Below, piece by piece: positions 51,757 through 64,000 of a DNA stretch of 64,000 nucleotides. Position 1 is the first letter of the stretch. Every line of letters begins with the position of its first letter. A program made the translations under genes and the position numbers. Under the pieces are notes generated by a model, which saw nothing but the letters and a program-made list of their open reading frames with translations, did not search any database and was not told the DNA's origin. The DNA comes from Octopus sinensis (lineage: Eukaryota), in the NCBI RefSeq assembly GCF_006345805.1, contig NC_043000.1, positions 112,716,001-112,780,000 on the forward strand. Reading direction: 5' to 3'.

Positions 51757-52080
51757 GTTAATCCAAACATGAACAAAGAGAAAACACAACAACGCGAGGA
51801 CGTGGAACAAGTATAGTGTTATTGGACGCACAGGAAAGGAAAGAAGGAGGATTTAACGTTTCGAGCAGAGCTCTTCGTCAGAAACATAGAAAAAGGAATG
51901 GTCCAAGGAAGGGAAGACGGAGAAAGAAAATCGCCTACGATACGAACGCTGTCATCGTCAAAAGAGACCGATAGAACAGGTACTAGGCTTACAAAGAATA
52001 ATTCTTGGGGTCGATTTGTTCGACTTAAGGCAGTGTTTCAGCATGGCTGCAGTCAAATGACCGAAACAAATAATAAAAAC
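51513..52080 (+). mobile_element. SINE A split at its internal (TA)n by a Penelope-type segment (51757-51950)
   Basis: Head and core at 51513-51672, expanded (TA)n, unrelated insert, then the SINE A tail half from ~51955. Confidence 0.7.
51851..51884 (-). ncRNA. Minimal type I hammerhead ribozyme motif (Penelope pLTR type)
   Basis: TTT-CTGACGA-A-GAGC-TCT-GCTC-GAAAC-GTT-AAA: complete catalytic core, 4-bp stem II, palindromic ACGT stem III, 3-bp stem I. Confidence 0.7.
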
Positions 52081-53242
52081 ATACTTTATCCTCTAGGGCA
52101 GAGGTTCTCAATCGGGGCCTACGGTCCATACGATCCTTGGATTTCCATTTGACCAACGGATGTCTACATAGCACCTAGGAGTCCATAAAAATATTTCGTT
52201 GTTAAAGATTATCTTTTATCTTTTACTTGTTTCAGGCATTAGACTGCGGCCATGCTGCTGTAGCGCCTTGAAGCTTCAGTCGAATGTATCGGTCTCTGTT
52301 GCCGAACCGCTAAATTACGGGGATATAATCACACTAGCACCTGTCGTCAAGCAGTAGTGGAGGGGGGGAGGTAAACACACACACATACACAAACACACAC
52401 TCGAATATATATATATATATACGGCGGGCTTCCTTCATTTTCCGTCTACCAAATCCATTCACAAGGCTTTGGTCAGCCAGAGGCTATAGTAGAAGACATT
52501 TTCCCAAAGAGCCACACAGTGGAACCGAACCAGGAATCATGTGGTTGGGAAGCAAGATTCTTACCACACAGGTAGCCCTGCACCTATGCGCAATATATTC
52601 TTTATACTTCTACAGTACACAGCATATTTTAACAACTTTTAAATATAATTTCTTATATTATTTAATCATAGAAATACAATAGGATTTTAAATCATGAAAT
52701 GGCTATGAGGGTCCATCTGTGGAAAATAGAAATCACAGTGGTCTGTCGGTTAAAAAAAATGGTTGAAAACCACTGTTATAGAACGTTATTTTCAAGAGAA
52801 ATTTGATGTCTATTTCTAGCATAAGTAACAACCTCAAACAGGCTTCTCCATTAGCCTAGTATTACTCGCCTTGTCAATGGTATTACTACTTGCTTCATGA
52901 GGTTTTCTGTGTGTTGCAATATATGAGCTGTTTGGTAAACAATTCCATAAAATTTTCCCCTTTCCAGCAGTTCACCATAAATGCTTCGATGGCAAACATA
53001 TTTCAAATTTTACTCCATTAAACTTAACCTCCATGTCGTATATTAGAAATAATATGCTAGAAAATTCTCCCATTAAATATACAATATTTTATTTAGATAA
53101 ATAACGTAATGAAAAGATGAGATATGTAATGGCGTTTAAAAATCTAGAAATGTTACACAAATATTTGATGTATATATATATATGTGTGTGCATGTGTGCA
53201 TCTATGTGCATATTTGTAATCGATATTATATATTTATTCGTC

Positions 53243-53274
<32 letters not shown>

Positions 53275-53665
53275 TACATACATATATATATATATATGTG
53301 TATATATAGATATGATATATAACTGTATATATGCATACACACGTACATACATTTATAAATACATGTATATCGTATATGCACACACATGAATATCAATGAA
53401 TACATACGCTTACCCCTATACGCTTAATCACGTACATGCATATGTGTGTGTGTGTTTGTGTGTATGTGTGTACACCTAAGTTCATATGTGTATACATATA
53501 TGTATATCAGTTTGTCTATCGATATATATATATATATATTTATAATATATATATATATATGTATACTTGTATACATACATAAAGGCATATATATTTATGT
53601 ATATATATACATACATACTTATATATTATGTGTATATACATGCATACATACATACATACATATAT

Positions 53666-53717
<52 letters not shown>

Positions 53718-54841
53718 TATTCTTATACTTACATATATATATATACACACACACCGAATATTTATATAGTTTTTCATAACTTCAAATCTAGATGATGCGG
53801 GCGAAAATTAATAGAAGTTTTGACACAGAATATGAAGAATTACAAAAAAATTCTAATCAAGCGCAAAGCCACAAAAACATTTAATTCAATAAAACTTCTT
53901 CCTTGATGCCGACCACTGTTGTTTATTAGGTATTTGATTATTTCTGCAATTCCATTTAGAGATACGAGGACGTTGAACATTTCAATTTTGCTTCACCTTA
54001 AATTATAAGACTTCTTGTCTCGAGAGGAAATCATTAATATCTGTTGGGTGAAGGCGATGGAGAAATGGAAGAAGTAGAATGGAAGTGAAGTAGCTACCTG
54101 AAACTCATTAGTTACGTCAAACAGAGATCTTTCGACCTGGTCGCTCGACCCGCTAGAAATAGCTGTTAGATATTAGGGAAGTGGACGAAAACGGCAGTTA
54201 ATAATAAATAAAGCTCAAAATACACATGACTCATGGACACACAAAGATATATAGATTATACTTATATACGTACGCACTCATAAACACGCAAATACAGGCA
54301 CACCCACATTTGAATACGTCCATAAATGTTTATCTTTAAGTCGAGTTATAATAATAACTTTTAATATTAAAGTGGAGCTTTACTCAATATTCTTTGTAGA
54401 GTGATTTCGAAGTCACCGTCACCAAATTTCTTGCAGAAGTATAATATACATACATATATACACACACGCACATATATATATATATATGTATGTATGTGTA
54501 AGTGTGAATGTGTGCATATGTGCATGTGAGTTTGTGTGTGTGTATGTGTTTGTGTGCGTGTGTGAGTGTATACGCGTGTGTGAGCGTGTACATATATATA
54601 TCTTTATATAGAGAGAGTTGGTCAAATGTCAACCGACAGTAAATCAAAACTATTTAATACCAAGATTTATTTATGTTTAACGACTGAATGAATTCAATAA
54701 AAGCATCTAAATATGCAACATCGTGAAAATTGTTCAAACTGAAGTCCTTCTTGAGCGACACATTTTTCCATTCGAGTCAATACAGAATGACAAATAGTAT
54801 TTATGGAAGTTGCTTTACTCTCGAGTGACTTTTGGGCAACC

Positions 54842-54904
<63 letters not shown>

Positions 54905-54999
54905 TAATATACATATATAAATTAATATAGATAATATGTTTATATATATATATATATAATATGCATATATACATACGTATATACATACATCTATACGTA

Positions 55000-55062
<63 letters not shown>

Positions 55063-55170
55063 TATGTATGCACATGACGTCATGAAACGTGTACATCTAA
55101 AAATGCGAAGTACGAGTACATGGAATATGAACTATGTGCATACATATGTGTATATCTATCTATCTATTTC

Positions 55171-55270
55171 NNNNNNNNNNNNNNNNNNNNNNNNNNNNNN
55201 NNNNNNNNNNNNNNNNNNNNNNNNNNNNNNNNNNNNNNNNNNNNNNNNNNNNNNNNNNNNNNNNNNNNNN
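55171..55270. other. Assembly gap (100 N)
   Basis: Run of exactly 100 N. Confidence 0.99.
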
Positions 55271-56149
55271 ATATGCATACACACACACATTCACACACAA
55301 ACGCAAAAGAAGGGAGTCAAAGTATTATTTGAAGCTCAAATTATGCACAATAAGCATTATGGAGTTAATGCTGTCGTAATTAATAAGCTAATTGGTTATA
55401 AACATAATTTGAACAAAATACAATGTTACTGGTCAATCGTTAATATTTTATGAAACATTCCGGTAGCTACAACATCTGACATGTTTCAGCCTTATCGGAA
55501 TTCTTCAGTTAAGCTTATCTTTCAATCCGCTTGCTAACGTAGGTGTGTGTAGTGAAAAGCTGATTAAATATTCTTTTATTCTTTTACATGCTTCACTGAT
55601 TGCAATGTGCCAATGCTACGTTGCAGCTTGGTGGGGTTTCGTCGATCTAATCGACACCTGTACTTATCGTGTTCGTTCTTGGTAATTACTATATCGGAGC
55701 CTTTTGTCCGACCGCTAATTTAAAGGGTCGAACGCAAACCGTCACTTGGTGTAAGGTAGTATAGGGACAAACATAAAGACAATGCCACACTTAAGAATGC
55801 TTACATACATACACCACACATACTCACACACATACACACATGCACGTAGCTTTCCTCGTAGCCTGTTTCAGTTATTAGATTGTGGCTACGCTGGGGGCAC
55901 CACTTTCCAGACTTTTCAGCCGAACGAATCGGCCTGAGAGCTATCTATTTTAGACGTAGCACTTATTCTATCGGTCTCTTGTACCAAACAGCTAATGTAC
56001 GGGAAATAAGCATACCAACATCGGTTATCAAGCAGTGTTGGGGGACAAACACAGACACACAGACACACATAGATATAGATATAAATACATAAATTTATAT
56101 GTATATATATATATATATGTCTGTGTGTGTGTGTAAGTATAGTATATAT

Positions 56150-56182
<33 letters not shown>

Positions 56183-56258
56183 CTGTATACATATAAAAAG
56201 TTTAACATACACAGAGTACAATTTCTATATCCTTTGTACTCTGTGTAAGTTGGACCTT

Positions 56259-56309
<51 letters not shown>

Positions 56310-58034
56310 CATATTTTCTATTTCATGCATTTAATACACTTATATCTTGATCTATCTAACTCGCTTATTCCCACATTTGCTTCTATACCCCTCAAGTTTG
56401 GTGTCTGGATCTCATCTCATCTCTCTCCCTCTCCCTCTCCCTCTCCCTCTCCCTCTCCCTCTCTCTCTTTATATATATATATATATATATATATACACTT
56501 ACCCAAGGTGCCACGCAGTGAGACTGCATCCGGAACCATGTGATTGGGAAGCAAACCTCTTACCACACAACAGCGCGTTGAGCCTAAACAACTGGCTTCT
56601 ACAGTTTCTGTCTACCAAATGCATTCGTATGGTGTCTGTCAGCCCAGTGCATTATTACAAGATACTAGCTCAAAGCGCTGCGCAATGGTACAGAACCCCA
56701 AATCACGTTGTTGTGAAGCGAACTTTCTTGCCTGACAGACATTTGTGCAAATTGGCATATTTTAGAAGATAAATTCTTTAGAAATATATCTGTATATTGA
56801 TATCCTTTTCCATCTAAGAAGTTCGTCTGGTAAATATGTCACTTCGGGCTCAGCTTCAGATTTTTTGAGTCTTCAGTCAATGCCGAGGAACAGCCTTGAC
56901 TTGATATAAAGCTAGCGTTGAAGGATATTCTGTCGTGTTGATCATACAAAATCTTGGAGAATATAATTAATCTGTCTTCTGGCTTAACATTTCCAAAATG
57001 TCTTTGGGTGCATTTAAGGAAGTTAGAACCATAGCAATCTAGCAGAGCGGGCTCAAAATCACAGCCATCGACGTATCAAGGCGTGTTATCTCCCTTATAC
57101 ACCAGTCTTTAACCCTTAAACATTTAGACCGGCTACATCTGATTGGAATACTCTACGTGTTTTATGTTGAAACTGACTAGATCAGGCCTCTTACACCTGC
57201 CTTACATTGTCATTCTAAGAGTAAAAAACAATCATACAACCGAAATCTCAAAGCTACGAGACAATTCACGATTAATTTTACTTGTCTCAGTCATTTGACT
57301 GCGGCCATACTGGGGCACCGCCTTGAAGGGTTTTATTCGAACAAATCGATCCTAGGACTTATTTTTAAAGCATAGTACTTATTCTATCAGTTTTCTTTCG
57401 TCGAACTGCTAAGTTAAGTAGATGTAAACACCCGGATACTGGTTGTAAAGCAGTGATTGGGACAAACGCAGACACAAAGACACACACACTAAATCTATAA
57501 ATATATACGACGGGATTCTTTCAGTTTTCATCTATCAGATCCACTCATAAGATTACGGTCGGCCCGAGGCTATGGTGGAAGACTCTTGCCCATGGTTCTA
57601 CGCAGTGGGACTGAACCCGGAACCATGTGGTTGGGAGGCAAAGAGTAATCTGGATGACAAAAGATGAAAAGTGTCAAAACCGTCGTGCAGGTTGCCCTTT
57701 AAAGCCAGAACTAACGCAAAACTAAAAATTGCTAAACACAATGTTATGGTGTCTTATCTATAGTTCTCTGTATATTATTTCTGATCGAAAGATATCTGCA
57801 TAGAATGTGATAGAATTCTAATAATATACAGTGAATATAGAGAGGATGTAGAGATTACAAAACAGATGTGTTCTAATATATTCCGAACAAAACAAAAACG
57901 GAATTAAATTTCATGGCAGGGTAACTCTGCTGAATATATCGAACGACCAGGTGTCATTATTCAACCCCTTCAGTTGTATTAAATATACCATGTGAAAACA
58001 GGTATGAAACATCACTCTCTCTTCAATACAGGTG

Positions 58035-58124
<90 letters not shown>

Positions 58125-58330
58125 TAATGAATATTTTTATTACTTTTATTATTATTTTTGTTGTTTTTGCTGTTGGTATTGTAGTTGTTATAACAATAAT
58201 GCATTTTAATAAAGTTTACGAAATTTAAAATTCGGTTTATTTTCTTTTATATTTCCAACAAGGGGTGATGTAATAAAACAAGAAACATCAAAAATAAATA
58301 AATCATAACAGTGCATGTATGTAATGTACG

Positions 58331-58399
<69 letters not shown>

Positions 58400-58734
58400 C
58401 TATATATATATATGACTCTAACCAAAATAAGTTTATATAATTACATTTACAAAACTATGAATCTATGTGCAGACATGGAAAAAGAAAATAGAATGACAAA
58501 AAGAAAAAAAAAAAGTGGAAAACGAATTTGCATAGTTTATTATGAAAAAGATAGCAGGGCAAAAGAATAGTATGGAAATTGAATTGACTTAGTTGAAAGG
58601 AAAGTTTGTAACAAAAAAAAAGCTTTGTTGCAACCTCCAGGATAGTGATTCTGCTCTCTGCACAAGTCTTCCTCAACCGCCATTTTTATATAATACATAT
58701 GGTTGTATATTAGGCACGCTAATGTATTGTTTAA

Positions 58735-58809
<75 letters not shown>

Positions 58810-59894
58810 AGCGTTATACCTGTGTATAAATTATGCGATTGTGTATGTGTGGGTATGTAAGTTTCATTCTATGTGTGCGTCCATATGCGTATACACATAA
58901 GTATTATACATATATATATATACATATACATACAAACATATATATATATATATATGTATATAAATATATATATATATATGTATGTATGCGTAAACATACA
59001 ATATATTCATGTATATATACGCATGCGTATGTGCATGTGGGTAATATATATATATATATACATATATACATATATACATATATATACATACATACATATT
59101 TATATATATACACACGCATATATATATACATACATATATATATATGTATACACACACACACACACATATATATATATAATACATATATATATGTATACAC
59201 ACACACACATATATATATATACATACATACATACATACATATATAATATATATTATATATATATATAATACTATATACATACACGGGGTTTATGACATAT
59301 ATTAACACGCACATATACATATAGGGAGAGAGAGGGATGTAGATCATATATTTATATATGTATATATTGAAATAAAACAAGCATGTATATAATTATATGT
59401 ATGAATTATACATATACGTAATTATTAAGACATATATGTGGCGACACATACATTCTTATACATAAATAGCTCGACATACGTAAGTACACATACAGACATA
59501 CACACATATACAGACACACACATATATGACATGAATGTGAAATTGTGAATAGTTATGAAGTTCAATAGGTGCGGTAGTTTTCAAAATAAATGTCAAAAAA
59601 ATATTTTAGATTTCTGGTTTAGAAATTGATTTGTTGAATAACAAATTTTCTGGAGGATTGCGGATATAACACTGAAAATACACGCACACGCATATACACA
59701 CCTTAGACATATGCAAAACACCTGCTCACGAATATACACGCGTGCACACAGACACCGCGTTGACAAACATACATATACAACATATCAACAAACAAACACA
59801 TTCAGTACACACACACGCTCATATACATCTGCATATACATGCTTAATATATTAATATATATAAACTACCCCCCACACACATATATATAAACTAC

Positions 59895-59935
<41 letters not shown>

Positions 59936-60158
59936 CATATATATATATGCATTTATATGAATACATATACATACATGTGTATATATATATATATGTATTT
60001 ATACACACACATGCATATATATATATGTGAATTGATTTACATATGTGTCTGTGTGTCTATATATATACATAAATATATATGTATATATGTAAATATATAT
60101 ACATACGTATACATGTACATATGTATATATGTAAATATATATATATGTATATATATAA

Positions 60159-60204
<46 letters not shown>

Positions 60205-60595
60205 TATAAATATATATATATATATATGTATGTATCTACACGCGCAGAACCACATATGTGAATAAATATTTGTAATCAATGCGAACACAAGATAACCAGA
60301 AATATATCAACCGGTGAATATACAGCAGCGAATATGAAAATTGACTGGTGAAGATTTCTTTTAACATAATAAAGGAATAAATAACATTTTTTGAGCTTCT
60401 TTTACTTCTAGTGTTTACCGTTTGAAAGTAGAGTTAAAAAGTAAAAATAGAAAAACATATAAAAATTGTTGCTTTTTCTCTTTTTTTTTCTCTAAAAATC
60501 TATTTATGTTCCATTTTCGGGTTACCTTTTGACATTTGAGTTTGGATAATGAAATAAAATGAATGATAACAAATAAATAAACATTCTATAATTAC

Positions 60596-60630
<35 letters not shown>

Positions 60631-60704
60631 ATAATGAGAATTTACAATATATATATATGTATATATATATGAATATATATATATATATATTATATATAGT
60701 ATAT

Positions 60705-60753
<49 letters not shown>

Positions 60754-60989
60754 CATATATATATACATATATATATATATTGTAAATTCTCATATATATA
60801 TATATATATATGTACGTATATGAATATGTATGTATGAAATATATATCGTGTTTATAAAGATTCATACACGCACCACTCTCCTTCTCTCTCTCCTCTCTCC
60901 CGCACGCAGCACCACACACATGTTGTATTTTTTCACGAATATATATACATACATAGATACATACATGAATATACACTCACCACAATATA

Positions 60990-61033
<44 letters not shown>

Positions 61034-61217
61034 TATATATATTTATGAATATATATATATGTATATATGTATATATATATGTATATATATATATATATAT
61101 ATATAGATAGATATATATATTATATATAATATATATTAATACATGCGTAGCGTATGTTGTATTTTTTCACGAAATATATATACATACATAGATACATACA
61201 TGAATATACACTCAAAC

Positions 61218-61254
<37 letters not shown>

Positions 61255-61413
61255 GAATATATATATATGTATATATGTATATATATATGTATAATATGTG
61301 TGTGTGTGCGTGCGTGAGAGAGAGAGAGAAGGAGAGTTGGTGCGTGTATGAATCTTTATAAACACGAATATATATTCATACATACATATATATATATATA
61401 TATGTATGTATAT

Positions 61414-61449
<36 letters not shown>

Positions 61450-61739
61450 CTGTGTGTGTATGTTCTGTTCATATATATATATGAACAGAACAGAAAAGAA
61501 TCTCAGGCAAAAAGGGAAAGAAGGTAATATGATGTATTAAAAAATGCAATCTAAATGAAGCAGCAAATATTTAAGTAGAAATATATATACGACACTGGAT
61601 CGTTCATGAGAAATTGACGATTCAATCCTGATGTTTCGTGATGCAATATTATGTGAAATAGAGAAGGAGAGAGAATATAGTCGTCGCTGTTAATGATCAT
61701 GATGTTTTGAATGTTGCTGGTGACGCGCTGAACGCAAGC

Positions 61740-61788
<49 letters not shown>

Positions 61789-62624
61789 GTTACAATAATG
61801 ATGATCGTTTCTACGATATAATAACCATAATAATCTGTTCTACAATAGAGTGGAGAGGGATAGTCGAATGTTTTATAGACCCCGAAAAGATGGTATAGTC
61901 GAGTTTGAATTCAGGACACACGAAATACCTATTTCTTTACTACCCACAAGGGGCCAAACACAGAGACGACAAACAAGGACAGACAAACGGATTAAGTCGG
62001 TTATATCGACCCCAGTGCGTTACTGATACTTATTTTATCGACCCCGAAAGGATGAAAGGCAAAGTGGACCTTGGCGGAATTTGAACTCAGAACGTAGCGG
62101 CAGACGAAATAATGCTAAGCATTTTGCGCCGCATGCTAACGATTCTGCCAGCTCATATTCTGGACAGGAGTTTTTATATATTTACAAAATTTTATTCTTG
62201 CCAAAGGTGTTGATGTTTACTCAATTTAGATTTCATTTAAAGTATTTCAACGGATAGGCATACACACACATACACACAGACACGCACATACTCACGCAGA
62301 CATACTCATATCCACGCATGCACAAAACGAAACACACACCCACATCACACACACACACATACACATTCACATGCACAAACACACATGCATATATGATAAT
62401 ATATATTCCTATTAATATATATAACACAAACACCATCCGAGTGAAAGAACTCAATATCTGATCGTATAATTAAATATTTATTTTCTCCCACTTTCTTCGA
62501 AAGGTGTCATTGACTCACATATTATGCCCAGTCACCCTTTTTCAAACATTTTGAAAGGACAAATTTGACAAAGTATTATATTAGATGCCATCTATAGTAA
62601 TCTTACATGTGTGCAACAATTGAC

Positions 62625-63298
62625 ATGACAGAGTCGACCAGTATCAAGAAATGACAGAGTCGGCCAGTATTTACATTGGACAATATGTCGGCATTATAAA
62701 ATGAAAACCGCTGACAAATGGTAAAAACATCATCCTGAAGCTGTGACTGAGGGAGAAAATGTGTCGATTCTATGGGACTTCCCCGTGCAGACCGACAGGA
62801 CTATAAAAGCTAATAAACCGGATATTATTATAAAAGATCAGACAAAAAGGATGTGTTTATTAATTGCCATGAGTATTCCCTGTGATCACAATATAGCGGC
62901 GAAAGAATTTGACAAGATTAGTAAATATAAAGACCTGCTAATAGAAATTGAAAAAATGTGGCATCTCAAGGCGACTACAGTACCAGTGATTGTAGGATCT
63001 CTAGGAATGATAAAAAAAAAGGTACTGAAACCTATTTGAAAATGATTCCAGACTTACCACCCCTACAGGAAGTGAAAAAATCGTGTTAACTGGAACGGCT
63101 CATGTACTGAGAAGAGGACTATCGCTGTGAAAATAACATCCATCCATGAATTTATTTATTTATTAATATTTAAATAATATTTTATCTGTGAATTTGCGCG
63201 TGTAATCTGGGAATGCATACAATGCCTTTCTCTGCCCTAGATGTATGGATAACACTCGGCGAGAAACGGAAGAAAATTTGAAGAAAGAAGAAAAAAAC
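62625..63298 (+). mobile_element. Second, divergent R4/Dong-like LINE 3' fragment (RLE domain), pseudogenised
   Basis: HDRVGQYLHWTICRHY..W*KHHPEAV..VSILWDF..NKPDIIIKD..LLIAMSIP..KYKDL..VPVIVGSLG..GTAHVLRRGLSL* (stop ~63129, frameshifts), then a UTR ending in (AAT)n at ~63300-63352. Confidence 0.85.
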
Positions 63299-63301
63299 AT
63301 G

Positions 63302-63354
<53 letters not shown>

Positions 63355-64000
63355 GACACCGAGGACGTTTAACATGTGAGAGCGATAAAACACTGCTCCG
63401 AAATCTATCCACAAACATCGGAAATTAAGACATTGCATGGAACTAAAAAATAGCTGACAAAGTGTTGGACTATATCTGAGTAAGTAATACTCATTGAAAG
63501 TTGTTACTATTTCCCAAATTAAATGATGTATTTTAACTGGGTATCATATCCACTGCTCGCACAGCACATGTAAACATGCTTGATACATTAGGCTTACAAA
63601 GAATAAATTCCGGGGGTCTATGTGTTCCACTAAAGACGATGCTACAGCATGGGTGCAGTCAAATTACTGAAACAAATAAAAGAGAGTAAAAGAATGATAT
63701 TAGTGTTTTAAAAGATGATTTTCACGAAAGACACGAAGCCATCCATTTATGGAGAAGGGACAACCGGTGGAATCGGCCTGTTACATATTTTATCGAGGCT
63801 GGGTGGGATGAAAGACAAAGACAACCAGTGTGAGATTCGAACTCAGATCGAAATGTCAGGTCACTCAATATCGCAAAATATCTTGTCTGAGTCACTTAAC
63901 ACATCTGCCATTCATTATTGTTGTAAGTGTTAAATAATAAACAATCTCCTACCACCCCCTCACACCGCTATCACTACCCCAGACCAACATTATAATACAA

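Noticed and set aside
55058-55453. ORFs spanning the N run
   Set aside because: Artefacts of the assembly gap.
56845-57085. ~79-codon stop-free frame on the minus strand (DGCDFEPALLDCYG...)
   Set aside because: No start codon, no splice signals, no recognisable motif; the length is compatible with chance.

Overview
Repeat-dense, AT-rich eukaryotic DNA that looks like an octopus genome. This is inferred from the very high (TA)n/(TG)n/(AAT)n/(ACT)n content, tRNA-derived SINE families of the octopus type, and a 100-N scaffold gap at 55171-55270. No host protein-coding gene can be supported; most ORFs in the track are microsatellite read-through or antisense shadows. The real coding content is transposon-derived. 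The main element is a near full-length CR1-like LINE (about 42650-47149) whose ORF2 (APE-RT) is broken only by 1-bp indels. Its ORF1 has a Myb/SANT-like N-terminus and two CCCH zinc fingers missed by the ORF track, and it carries a candidate -1 ribosomal frameshift site (T_TTT_TTA) where ORF1 overlaps an AUG-less ORF2. Other elements: two R4/Dong-like 3' fragments ending in (TAA)n, Tx1-like and RTE-like 3' fragments, several Tc1/mariner relics and MITEs, Helitron-like elements, three SINE families (one with a dimeric form), and Penelope-type repeats with minimal hammerhead ribozyme motifs. Also notable are a GC-rich array of four 70-bp palindromic units, several pre-miRNA-sized hairpins and a duplicated, decayed ORF of unknown origin. 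All analysis is by eye; SINE and repeat boundaries are approximate.
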